NCBI GenBank assembly: GCA_963771885.1
Contig: CAVYVF010000023.1
Coordinates: 864,001 to 928,000, forward strand
Reading direction: 5' to 3'
From: Candidatus Bathyarchaeota archaeon
Lineage (GTDB): Archaea > Thermoproteota > Bathyarchaeia > TCS64
Length of the DNA stretch: 64,000 bases
Made by a program: the position numbers and the translations under genes. Position 1 is the first letter of the stretch. Each line of letters opens with the position of its first letter. Shown here one piece after another: positions 1 through 8,497 of the stretch. The notes beneath the pieces were generated by a model. That model did no database searches and was not told where the DNA came from. It worked only from the letters and a program-made list of their open reading frames with translations.

Positions 1-251
1 TCCGCGTATGTGGCTAGCACCGGCCGCCCTTCCCCGTATGTGGCTAGGAAGGCAGTTGGCATCCCGCCCGTGCCCCTCGTGACCTTGAATCCCTCCCCCT
101 CAAGCAGCTTACAGTAAGCCGCAGAGGACTTGTACTCCCTCCACGCGGGCTCGGCGAAGCCCCATATCTTCTTGTCGAAGGACGATATCATCTTCTCGTT
201 AGCGTCGACCCAGTCGAGCGCCGTCTGCTTCTCCCTAGAAACCTTGACCAT
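1..251 (-). CDS. M20-family amidohydrolase (AbgB-like), N-terminal part; runs off the window edge
   Basis: Not in the ORF track. Manual translation from ATG at 251: MVKVSREKQTALDWVDANEKMISSFDKKIWGFAEPAWREYKSSAAYCKLLEGEGFKVTRGTGGMPTAFLATYGEGRPVL. The IW.FAEP..E..SS and GGMPTAF.A motifs are typical of AbgB-type M20 enzymes. Confidence 0.8.
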   Translation of the reverse strand, partial: MVKVSREKQTALDWVDANEKMISSFDKKIWGFAEPAWREYKSSAAYCKLLEGEGFKVTRGTGGMPTAFLATYGEGRPVLATYA

Positions 252-325
252 GAACCCACACCTGGTTCAGATCAGATGAAAAGGCGATTTATAATTTGCC
301 TAAACTAAGCGTGGGGGGAATGGAC

Positions 326-1639
326 TCACTTGATGAAGCTGGTCTCGGTGACCGGGCCGCCCTGCGGTAGGGTGCCCTCCCAGCTGAATGTCGAGCCCTC
401 GCCGACGTGGCTTATCGAGACCGTGTGCGTCGGCATCCAGACGACGGGGGCCGAGACTATGATTGTCCAGCCTCCGCTCTTGTACTCTATCTTCGTGGCG
501 CCGACGATTCCCTCTGGGACGAGGTTCTTTTCCGTCCACTCGATGGGTATCTCACCAACTGCCTCTGGATGCTTCTCGACTAGATAATCGAGGCACATCT
601 TGCGCGCAATGTCTGGGGTGTAGATGAGCCTTGGCATCGTGTCAGGGTCACCCTCGGGTGTCACCTCGCCGCTCTGATCTACCTTGCCCGTCCACACCGT
701 CTCACCCTTCTCGATGGTTATGGTGTAGGTAGGCTTCCAGACGACGGCGTTCTCGACAGTAACCGTCCAGTCACCGCTAGTATATCGGGTCTTCTGTGCG
801 CCGAGTATCCCCTCGGGAGTCAGGTCCTCAACCTTCCACTCTTGCGGGATTAGGTCCGTCATGCCGAGGCTCTCGATGAGCCGGAGAACTGCTGCATCCC
901 TGGCGTCGTCGATCGTCAGGATTATCTCCTGGTTGCCTGTGGGCTGCTGCTTGAGCTCGTCCCACACGTCATCTATCTGGGCGAGGGTCACAACACCCTC
1001 AGTGACGTGTATGGTGACGACGTGGTGGGTGATGACCTGGGCGAGCATCTGGTCGGTCCTGTCGCCGAACCCTGCGTGGAGACAATCGAACTCTATTACG
1101 ACTCCCCAAAATCCGGGGGCCACGAAGGTCTGAGCCAACCAGGAGTCGATTACCCTGACCGAGCCTTCGACGCCGTCAAACTTGAAGGTGGGTGCGTTGA
1201 TGAGCCAGTTGAGAGCTATCGCCTCGGCGACTGCCTTGCCCTCGTCGGCGACCGGCTCCTGCTTGAGCTCATCCCACTTACCGTCGATGATGGTGCTTAT
1301 GACCTCTCCATCTAGGATTGTCACAACCGCCTTGTGGGGGGTAAGCGCCTGAGTTACTGGTTGGCCAGTCCTGTCTCCGTAACCGCCGTGAAGGCAGACG
1401 AAACCAACGGTCACCACGTACTGTGGCGGATAGCTCTTGTTGAGCCAGACTTCCTCAACGATGAGGGACGATGGTATACCGTCGAAGCTGAAGGTTGGGC
1501 CGTCCTCGATGAAGCTCAGGGCTATCTCCTCGGGTGTCTTAATTCTAAAAGCGTCCCCGGGGTTCTGGAGCGCGTAGATGCTTGTTGGAACGATCATCAA
1601 TGTGAGGATGACCGCTGTCAGTGTTACTATCTTGTTCAT
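326..1639 (-). CDS. Secreted/surface hypothetical protein with two pairs of internal repeats
   Basis: 437-aa ORF with an N-terminal signal peptide (MNKIVTLTAVILTLMIVP...) and a GGTGAGGAG SD-like sequence upstream. Repeats PTF.FDG...CLH.G.GDRT...WDELKQ (x2) and PEGI.GA.K..Y.SG.WT...VVW.PT (x2). Confidence 0.8.
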   Translation of the reverse strand: MNKIVTLTAVILTLMIVPTSIYALQNPGDAFRIKTPEEIALSFIEDGPTFSFDGIPSSLIVEEVWLNKSYPPQYVVTVGFVCLHGGYGDRTGQPVTQALTPHKAVVTILDGEVISTIIDGKWDELKQEPVADEGKAVAEAIALNWLINAPTFKFDGVEGSVRVIDSWLAQTFVAPGFWGVVIEFDCLHAGFGDRTDQMLAQVITHHVVTIHVTEGVVTLAQIDDVWDELKQQPTGNQEIILTIDDARDAAVLRLIESLGMTDLIPQEWKVEDLTPEGILGAQKTRYTSGDWTVTVENAVVWKPTYTITIEKGETVWTGKVDQSGEVTPEGDPDTMPRLIYTPDIARKMCLDYLVEKHPEAVGEIPIEWTEKNLVPEGIVGATKIEYKSGGWTIIVSAPVVWMPTHTVSISHVGEGSTFSWEGTLPQGGPVTETSFIK

Positions 1640-1778
1640 TTCTCCTCACCGATCAGTTGTGGAATGTTCGGTATAATCCCACAGTTTAGTACACTAGTTC
1701 TACTGTTTAGAACGGTGCTTATTGACGGTTTGCCAACTCGATAATTATTAATACGTTCTCGTCCCGAGCAGCACCAAT

Positions 1779-2945
1779 ATGTCTACTGAACCGGGGAGCA
1801 AGAGCGTCAAGCCGCTGGGGAACAGTGATCTGAATGATCACGGGAACGGTGGCCAGGTCACCGTCGCCCGCAGGGGTCACGAGTACTACGCCTACGTCGG
1901 GCACATGCAGGAGATGGGCACCACGATCGTAAAAGTCACCGATCCCCGGAAGCCTCAGGTGGTCTCCCAGATCCCTGCGCCAGAGGGCACACACTGCCAC
2001 AAGGTCAGGGTCTGCGGCGACGTCATGCTCGTCAACAACGAGCAGCTAAGTGGTAAGAGGTGGGAGGCGGGGCTCCGCCTCTTCGATGTCTCCGACCCCG
2101 CGAAGCCGAGGGAGACCGGCTTCTTCCAGACCGCGGGAAAGGGCGTCCACCGATACTGGGTAGACTGCGAGAAGAAGCTGGCCTATATCTCAGCCGAAAT
2201 GGATGGATACCACAAAGCGATATTTGTAGTCGTCGACTTCTCAGACCCGAGTAAGCCGAGGGAAGTCTCGCGCTGGTGGCTCCCCGGCCAGTGGACGGCG
2301 GGAGGCGAGGTGCCGACGTGGGACACGAAGAGGAAGTCCTTTTGGCATCACCACCCCGTCGTCCTCGGCGACAGGGCGTATCTCGGTTACTGGGACGCTG
2401 GGTTCATCATACTAGACATATCAAACATCAAGAAACCGCGCTTCGTGAGCCGCGGCGACTACAGCCCTTCCTACGGTGGCGTCTTCCACACCGCCCTCCC
2501 AGTCGACAGGCCCATCCTCGGCCGTAGATGGATGATAGGCACACAGGAGTCGCTCGCCCCGCCGAGCAAGGAGGGGAAGAAGCTCATGTGGGTAATCGAC
2601 ATCACCGCAGAGGAGAACCCCGTCCCCGTCGCTACGTTCGATGTGCCCATCGACGACCCAGCGAAGATCGAGGACAGGTTCGGTCCTCATCAGCCCCATG
2701 AGGATGTCCACCTGAAGGACGACCTCGTCTACGTCTCTTGGTTCGGCGGAGGGCTACGCGTCGTAGACGTCCATAACCCATACCAGCCACGCGAGGTCGG
2801 CTACTGGGTGCCCAAATGTGATAGTCAGAAGATGGTGCAGACGAACGACGTCTTCGTCGATGACAGGGGCTTCATCTACACAATCGACCGCTTCGAGAGG
2901 GGCCTCGATATTCTGGAGTACACGGGGCCTAGACGCGAGGTCTAG
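1779..2945 (+). CDS. LVIVD-repeat beta-propeller protein
   Basis: Repeated blades GLRLFDVSDP, FVVVDFSDP, FIILDISN, MWVIDIT and GLRVVDVHNP; no signal peptide. Confidence 0.85.
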   Translation: MSTEPGSKSVKPLGNSDLNDHGNGGQVTVARRGHEYYAYVGHMQEMGTTIVKVTDPRKPQVVSQIPAPEGTHCHKVRVCGDVMLVNNEQLSGKRWEAGLRLFDVSDPAKPRETGFFQTAGKGVHRYWVDCEKKLAYISAEMDGYHKAIFVVVDFSDPSKPREVSRWWLPGQWTAGGEVPTWDTKRKSFWHHHPVVLGDRAYLGYWDAGFIILDISNIKKPRFVSRGDYSPSYGGVFHTALPVDRPILGRRWMIGTQESLAPPSKEGKKLMWVIDITAEENPVPVATFDVPIDDPAKIEDRFGPHQPHEDVHLKDDLVYVSWFGGGLRVVDVHNPYQPREVGYWVPKCDSQKMVQTNDVFVDDRGFIYTIDRFERGLDILEYTGPRREV

Positions 2946-2953
2946 GTGACTCT

Positions 2954-2970
2954 GGAAAAACTGTTTTTCC
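2954..2970. terminator. Probable bidirectional terminator between convergent genes
   Basis: GGAAAAA-CTG-TTTTTCC inverted repeat gives a T-tract on each strand, between the stops at 2945 and 2973. Confidence 0.5.
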
Positions 2971-2972
2971 TC

Positions 2973-5405
2973 TTAGGCGAGTGTGAGGGTCAGGCTTACG
3001 CCTGCGTGTCCCTCTACCTCTGCTTCGCCTGATCCCTGCTCGTAGGCGATCTCTTCTATCTTGAGGGTCTCCTTCACGTCTTTGTCCCCGAGGCGCGCGT
3101 CAGCTAGCGCCTTCTCGTCTGCGTAGACGATGAGCCTCTTCGCCGGCTTGTTGAGTGGGACACCCTGCTTGTTCTTCTGCTTCCTGACCTCGCCCATGAT
3201 GGCGGTTACTAGGTCTCCCGCTCTCTCCGCCTCCTCGTCCACCATCGCCGCGTCGTACTCGGGCCACTTGCTGAGGTGGATGCTGTCCTTAGGGCCTGTT
3301 GAGTACATGGTGCTGTAAATCTCCTCGGTGATGTGTGGAGTCACCGGGGCGAGCATCTGGAGCATCCTTATTATCGTGTAGTTTAACGTCTGCTGCGCCG
3401 CCAGCTTGGCGTCGCCCTCTCCGTAGAGCCTGTACTTCGCGGCTTCTAGGTAGTCGTCGCAGAAGACGTGCCACGTGAAGTTGCGTGCCGCCTCGGTGGC
3501 GTTCATCCACTCGCAGTTCTCCATTGCGTCGGTTGACGCCTTCACTGTCTTTTGGAGCTTGGATAGTATCCAGCGGTCAAGGAGCATTGGCTCGGCTTGT
3601 TTGCTAGGGTCATGGTCTTCTAGCCTCATGGCGCTGAATCTGCACGCGTTCCAGAGCTTTGTCATGAAGCGGCGCCCGTACTCTACGTCCTCCCACCTGA
3701 AGGGGATGTCCGTGCCTGTGCTTCCGCCCGCTGCTGCCCACTGGCGCGCCGCGTCGGCGCCATGCTTGCTGAATACCTCGGGAGTGTTGACGAAGTTACC
3801 TAAGCTTTTACTCATCTTCCTCCCGTCGCCGCCAAGCACCATGCCGTTGATGAGGACTGATTTGTAGGCAGGCTCGTCGAAGAGGGCTAGGTGGCGGACC
3901 ATGAGGTAATATGCCCAGGTCCTGATGATGTCCTGTCCGCTCGGGTGTATGCTCGCGGGGAAGAGGTTGTGCCAGTCCTTCCTGTCGGGCCAGCCCGCGT
4001 GGATGGCGCAGGTCATGCTGCTGTCAAACCACGTGTCCATGACATCGTAGTCGGGAATGAACTCTGAACCACCGCACTTGGCGCAAGTGCCCCGCGGCTG
4101 CGTCACTTTGGTATCTACTGGTAGCTCCTGGGGGTCGGCTAGGTGTATCTCGCCGCATTTTTTGCAGTACCACGCTGGCACCGGTGTGGCGAAGACGCGC
4201 TGTCTGCTGAGCACCCAGTCCCAGTCGAGGCTCTTCGTCCAGTCGATGAGCCTGTACCTCATGAAGTCTGGGTACCAGTCGATCTTCTTCGCCTGCTCGA
4301 TGATCTTGTCGCTGAAGGCTGTGGTCTTCATGAACCACTGCTTGGCATTGACCACCTCGATGGGTGTGTCGCATCGCCAGCACGTGCCGACCTCCTGCTC
4401 GAGGGGCTTCTCCTCTTTGAGTAGGCCTTCCGCCTTGAGGTCTTCGACGATCACTCTCCGGCCCTCAGTGATGCCCATGCCGGCGTACTTGCCCGCGTTC
4501 TCGTTGAGTTTGCCCTTAGCGTCGAGGAGGTTGACTACAGGGAGCTTGAAGCGGGCAACGTCGATGACGTCGGCCTTGTCTCCGTAGGTGCAGATCATCA
4601 TGGCGCCTGTGCCGAACTTGGTGTCGACGTCGTCCTTGGCGATGATGGGTATCTCCTTGTTGTAGAGGGGCGTCTTCGCCTTTTTGCCGATTAGCTTGTT
4701 GTAGCGCTCATCGGTGGGGTTGACACCGATCGCCACGCAGGCGGGGATGTATTCGGGCCGCGTCGTCGCGATTACGAGTTCGCCATCAGGCGTGCTGAAT
4801 GTGAGGCTGTATATCTTCCCCGTCCTCTTGAGGCGCTCCACCTCCGCGTCCGCGATGGCCGTCTCGCATCTGGGGCAGTAGTTGATTGGGTGCTCACCCT
4901 TGTAGATGAGTCCCTTCCCGTAGAGCATTAGGAAGCTGAGCTGTACTTTCCTGATGTAGTCGGGGTCCATGGTGCGGTACTCGAGTTTCCAGTCGATGCT
5001 TATGCCGAGGCGTACTATGGCGGTCCTCATCTTGGCGATGTATTGAGCTACCCATTCCTCGCACATCTTCCGGAAGACGTCTGGAGGGACGTCGCTTCTG
5101 CGTATCTTCTTGTTCTTCTCCACGGCGACCTCGGTCGGCATACCGTGGCAGTCCCAGCCCTGCGGGAAGTGGACGTTGAAGCCACGCATACGCATGTAGC
5201 GTGCCCTCATGTCGAAGTACGTCCAGTTTAGGACGTTTCCCATATGGAAGTCGCCACTTGGGTAGGGGGGTGGTGTGTCGACGCTGTACCTGGGGCGGGC
5301 GTCTCCCTCGTCCCAGTTGTACCTGTACGTGCCCTGCTCCTCCCAGAGCCTCTCCCACTTTTCCTCCGTCTGGAGGAAGTCTATCTTGTTGGGTAGCTGT
5401 TTCAA
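2973..5405 (-). CDS. valS: Valine--tRNA ligase
   Basis: 810 aa, TTG start. DTPPPYPSG.FHMGN (HIGH-like), GWDCHG, WDWVLSRQR, DTWFDSS and KMSKS motifs. Confidence 0.97.
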   Translation of the reverse strand: MKQLPNKIDFLQTEEKWERLWEEQGTYRYNWDEGDARPRYSVDTPPPYPSGDFHMGNVLNWTYFDMRARYMRMRGFNVHFPQGWDCHGMPTEVAVEKNKKIRRSDVPPDVFRKMCEEWVAQYIAKMRTAIVRLGISIDWKLEYRTMDPDYIRKVQLSFLMLYGKGLIYKGEHPINYCPRCETAIADAEVERLKRTGKIYSLTFSTPDGELVIATTRPEYIPACVAIGVNPTDERYNKLIGKKAKTPLYNKEIPIIAKDDVDTKFGTGAMMICTYGDKADVIDVARFKLPVVNLLDAKGKLNENAGKYAGMGITEGRRVIVEDLKAEGLLKEEKPLEQEVGTCWRCDTPIEVVNAKQWFMKTTAFSDKIIEQAKKIDWYPDFMRYRLIDWTKSLDWDWVLSRQRVFATPVPAWYCKKCGEIHLADPQELPVDTKVTQPRGTCAKCGGSEFIPDYDVMDTWFDSSMTCAIHAGWPDRKDWHNLFPASIHPSGQDIIRTWAYYLMVRHLALFDEPAYKSVLINGMVLGGDGRKMSKSLGNFVNTPEVFSKHGADAARQWAAAGGSTGTDIPFRWEDVEYGRRFMTKLWNACRFSAMRLEDHDPSKQAEPMLLDRWILSKLQKTVKASTDAMENCEWMNATEAARNFTWHVFCDDYLEAAKYRLYGEGDAKLAAQQTLNYTIIRMLQMLAPVTPHITEEIYSTMYSTGPKDSIHLSKWPEYDAAMVDEEAERAGDLVTAIMGEVRKQKNKQGVPLNKPAKRLIVYADEKALADARLGDKDVKETLKIEEIAYEQGSGEAEVEGHAGVSLTLTLA

Positions 5406-5668
5406 TGCTTTTCACCGTCTCCCGGACGTGGCTGAATAGGCTCAGGTGTGTGGTGGAGCCTTAAAACCTTGTCCGCGTGATGCAATCTTGCGTCTGGGTT
5501 ATCCTCTTCTCTATGCCCCGCGTGGGGCGAGGACAAAACGATACCCCATAGACAGCCCTCGCATCCGATATAGCTGAAAGTGAAGGATAATAAAAAGATT
5601 TAGCCAGGTGGTGACGGCTCGGTGTTGAAGAAGATCGGTGGTGCACGCGCACTTCTAAGTGTAATCCC

Positions 5669-6817
5669 CTACCCATCGCCCTGTTTTCTGAGGCGCGCCG
5701 AGGCTGGGATTATAAGTAGTGTGACTAGGCCGAGGCCCACGTACGTGGCGGAGACCGGGTAGGTCTGGCTGACGTAGCCCGCGAGTATGGGGCTGACGCA
5801 GGTGAAGGCGCCGTAGATGCACTCGTAGAAGCTCATCGTGGCGCCGAGGCTGCCGTGGGGTGAACCGCGTGCGATGTAGCTAGCGATGATTGGCTCTATC
5901 ACGCCGTTGCCGACGCCGAAGAGCAGCATAGGGAGTAGGAAGTCGAGGGCGGAGGAGGCGTAGGCGACGCCGACTAGGCTCAGGGCGAGGGTCACGGAGC
6001 CGGCGAGCATTCCCCTCCTGACGCCGAGTGCGACGACGCGCTCCGAGTAGAAGAAGCCGACGCCTTTCACCGCACTGTTGAGGGCGAGAAGGAAGCCGAT
6101 GACGGTGGCGCTGAGGCCCCTCTCAGCCATGTAGCCGGGGAGGATGTAGAAGTAGATGCCCAGCCCGAGGGCGTATGGTATCATAGTTATGTACGCCCAC
6201 TTGAGCGAGCCGACGGCGGAGAAGTCGAACTTTATCACATCCGAGCCCGAGTCGAGCCGGATCCTCCTCGCCATCACGACGTTGACGGCTAGGCCAGCGA
6301 GCATGAAGACCGTGAGCATCCCCCAGAGTGTCGCGTAGCCGTATGAGTCGGCGATCCAACCCCCAGCGAGTGGGCCTATTACGAAGCCGAGTATCCAGCT
6401 CAGGTTGTATCGCCCGATGGCGTGGGTCAGCAACTCGGGCGGCGCGAGATCAGCCGTAATCGCCCCCGCAGCGGCCCAGAAGGCGCCACCGGCAACACCG
6501 ATGAGTATCCTAGCTATGAACATCTGCTGGACGTCAGTGACGAAGATGAAGTAGACGAGGCAAGCCGTCGAGATGACGTTGAAGGCGAGGTAGAGGCGCA
6601 CCTTCTCAAACCTGTCGAGGAGGGCACCCGCAACGAGCGTCACCACCGTGTAGACCGCCGCTGCAGCGGTACCCATGAGGCCAATCTCGAGGAGTGTGGC
6701 GCCGAGGTTCTCCGCCTGGACGGCGGCGAGCATCATCGGCGTGCCGATCGCGGTCGCGACGAGGAAGACGGAGGCATACAGGAGCCTTAGAAGCCCGCGT
6801 CGATCCTCGCTAGACAT
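5669..6817 (-). CDS. MFS transporter
   Basis: About 12 hydrophobic segments and a GALLDRFEK motif-A variant. ATG at 6817 is preferred over 6877 because it avoids overlap with the upstream gene. Confidence 0.85.
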   Translation of the reverse strand: MSSEDRRGLLRLLYASVFLVATAIGTPMMLAAVQAENLGATLLEIGLMGTAAAAVYTVVTLVAGALLDRFEKVRLYLAFNVISTACLVYFIFVTDVQQMFIARILIGVAGGAFWAAAGAITADLAPPELLTHAIGRYNLSWILGFVIGPLAGGWIADSYGYATLWGMLTVFMLAGLAVNVVMARRIRLDSGSDVIKFDFSAVGSLKWAYITMIPYALGLGIYFYILPGYMAERGLSATVIGFLLALNSAVKGVGFFYSERVVALGVRRGMLAGSVTLALSLVGVAYASSALDFLLPMLLFGVGNGVIEPIIASYIARGSPHGSLGATMSFYECIYGAFTCVSPILAGYVSQTYPVSATYVGLGLVTLLIIPASARLRKQGDG

Positions 6818-6851
6818 GGCGTTGAACGCTATCGTCGGAAACCGGATAAAC

Positions 6852-7685
6852 CTACGCCTCGATGAGGCGGGGTTCATCGCCTTTCCGGGGACCCTTTATG
6901 ACTATGTCGTCATCGAGTGTGATGGTCATGCCGTCAGCGGCAGATACTACCGGGATACCTGACTTCTCTTGGAGCCACGCCGCATCCTTCGCGGGGTCGG
7001 CGTTGAGCATTTTTATGCCATAGTGGGTTGTGACGGCGCACATCGGTTTAGCCTCCTCGATGACCCTGAGCGCGTCGTCCGTGCACATGTGGCCGACAAG
7101 TGGGCTGCCCCGGGGCCACATCGTGCCCAGTATGAGCATCCTGCATCCTCTAAGGGCCTCGCCGAGACCAGGGTACGCCTCGGTGTCACTCGTGTAGCCG
7201 AGGGCTCCGACGTTGGGCACCTCTAACTTGAGTAAAATCGCATCGTCGTCGCCGTGTATCGCCCTAAGTGCCTTGAAGTCGAGTTCGCCGATGGAGAAAC
7301 GTGATCCGGGGACGAGTACCTCCACTTTTCCGGCGAGGCGCTGGTGGTATCTGCTGACGCTTGGGTCGAGGTCATTTCCGCCTTGGAGGACGCTCTTGGC
7401 AGCGGCGAGTATGCCCCGTTTTCTTGTCGTCCCACCGGTCATAGCCTCGACGAGCACCTCTGCGTCCGTGTAGTGGTCGGGGTGACAGTGGGTGACGACG
7501 ACGCCGTCGAGCTTCATCGGGTTGAGCCCTCCGTAGATGCTGTGGACGAGGGCGCCTGGGCCGGGGTCAACATGTACCTGCGTGTCACCGTGCTCGAGCC
7601 TTATACCGGCTGTCCTGCGCCTCTGCGTGCACATGGTATGGCGCCCGCCGCCGGTGCCGAGGAAGTGGATAGTGAGCGGCTCCAT
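6852..7685 (-). CDS. MBL-fold metallo-hydrolase
   Basis: IHFLGTGGG, VDPGPG, THCHPDH (HxHxDH), YTSDT and THYG motifs. ATG at 7685 lies about 24 nt from the TATA element. Confidence 0.9.
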   Translation of the reverse strand: MEPLTIHFLGTGGGRHTMCTQRRRTAGIRLEHGDTQVHVDPGPGALVHSIYGGLNPMKLDGVVVTHCHPDHYTDAEVLVEAMTGGTTRKRGILAAAKSVLQGGNDLDPSVSRYHQRLAGKVEVLVPGSRFSIGELDFKALRAIHGDDDAILLKLEVPNVGALGYTSDTEAYPGLGEALRGCRMLILGTMWPRGSPLVGHMCTDDALRVIEEAKPMCAVTTHYGIKMLNADPAKDAAWLQEKSGIPVVSAADGMTITLDDDIVIKGPRKGDEPRLIEA

Positions 7686-7707
7686 GGGGGAGGCGTGTCG
7701 GGGGAGA

Positions 7708-7721
7708 GTTAAATATTTAAC
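7708..7721. promoter_or_regulatory. Palindromic TATA element shared by the divergent MBL hydrolase and tRNA-Ile genes
   Basis: GTTAAATATTTAAC is a perfect 14-bp palindrome, about 23 nt from ATG 7685 (minus) and about 27 nt from the tRNA at 7748 (plus). Confidence 0.55.
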
Positions 7722-7747
7722 AGGGAGGCGCATCCAAAAAGGGTGCC

Positions 7748-7825
7748 GGGCCCGTGGCCTAGTTAGGCTAAGGCGTCTGACTGATAATCAGAAGATCAAG
7801 AGTTCAAATCTCTTCGGGCCCACCA
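7748..7825 (+). tRNA. tRNA-Ile(GAU)
   Basis: GGGCCCG/CGGGCCC acceptor stem, anticodon arm TCTGA-CTGATAA-TCAGA, T arm AAGAG-TTCAAAT-CTCTT, encoded ACCA, downstream T-tract. Confidence 0.96.
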
Positions 7826-7915
7826 TTCCTAATATATACTTTTTTTCAACCCTATCTTTCGCAGTGTGAGTCTAGACACATTATAAAGCGCTGGGGTGAT
7901 CACTTACCGATTATC

Positions 7916-8227
7916 ATGGCGAAGAGAGGGCCATCGGAACACATCATAGAGAATGTAGATACTGCGACTCCCACTGGCTTAAGCTTCAGGGCATTTCTCG
8001 ACAACATCGACGCGGACGCTGTGTGCGAAAAGTGCGGAGGCCTACCATACGATATAGTCTTCAGCCACCAAGGAACCCTCTACAAGTTCTGCCTCTACAA
8101 GATACAGAAGGGAAAAGAGGTGCTCGCGGAGACCGACTACGAGAAGCTCTACGAGTACACGAGGAAGGACGGGCCGATGATGGCTGAGAGGCATACGAAG
8201 AGAACTGGTGCTCCCGCCGGGATTTGA
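7916..8227 (+). CDS. Small hypothetical protein with a CxxC motif
   Basis: 103-aa ORF with TTATAA about 30 nt upstream and CEKC motif. The last 22 nt overlap the 3' end of tRNA-Glu antisense. Confidence 0.6.
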   Translation: MAKRGPSEHIIENVDTATPTGLSFRAFLDNIDADAVCEKCGGLPYDIVFSHQGTLYKFCLYKIQKGKEVLAETDYEKLYEYTRKDGPMMAERHTKRTGAPAGI

Positions 8228-8284
8228 ACCCGGGATCCCCGACTCGAAAGGCCGGTATGCTTGTCCGGTCTACACCACGGGAGC
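8206..8284 (-). tRNA. tRNA-Glu(UUC)
   Basis: Reverse complement GCTCCCGTGGTGTAGACCGGACAAGCATACCGGCCTTTCGAGTCGGGGATCCCGGGTTCAAATCCCGGCGGGAGCACCA; anticodon TTC; CCA encoded. Confidence 0.95.
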
Positions 8285-8379
8285 GCGCGCAGATGTAAGG
8301 CTCGGCGTCTTTATATCTGTTTTCTAACGGGTGCTCCGGTAGTGTTTTTATATCCTCTGATGGGTTTTCTGTGTTGCGT

Positions 8380-8457
8380 GGGCCCGTAGCTCAGTTTGGC
8401 TAGAGCACCCGGCTCATAACCGGGGGGTCATGGGTTCAAGTCCCTTCGGGCCCACCA
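8380..8457 (+). tRNA. tRNA with CAU anticodon, most likely tRNA-Ile2 (agmatidine-modified) rather than tRNA-Met
   Basis: CCCGG-CTCATAA-CCGGG anticodon arm. The GGGCCCG acceptor stem is identical to that of the neighbouring tRNA-Ile(GAU), and the initiator A1-U72 pair is absent. TTTTATA upstream. Confidence 0.9.
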
Positions 8458-8497
8458 CTGACTCATAAGTTACCCGATTCTAATTGGATTTTTTCTC

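Noticed and set aside
8..47. Direct repeat CGTATGTGGCTAG near the window start
   Set aside because: Two copies inside the amidohydrolase CDS encoding LATY twice; not a CRISPR or att repeat.
5461..5676. 71-aa minus-strand ORF in the valS-MFS gap
   Set aside because: No recognisable motif, atypical composition, and it spans AT-rich promoter-like sequence; a non-coding interpretation is preferred.
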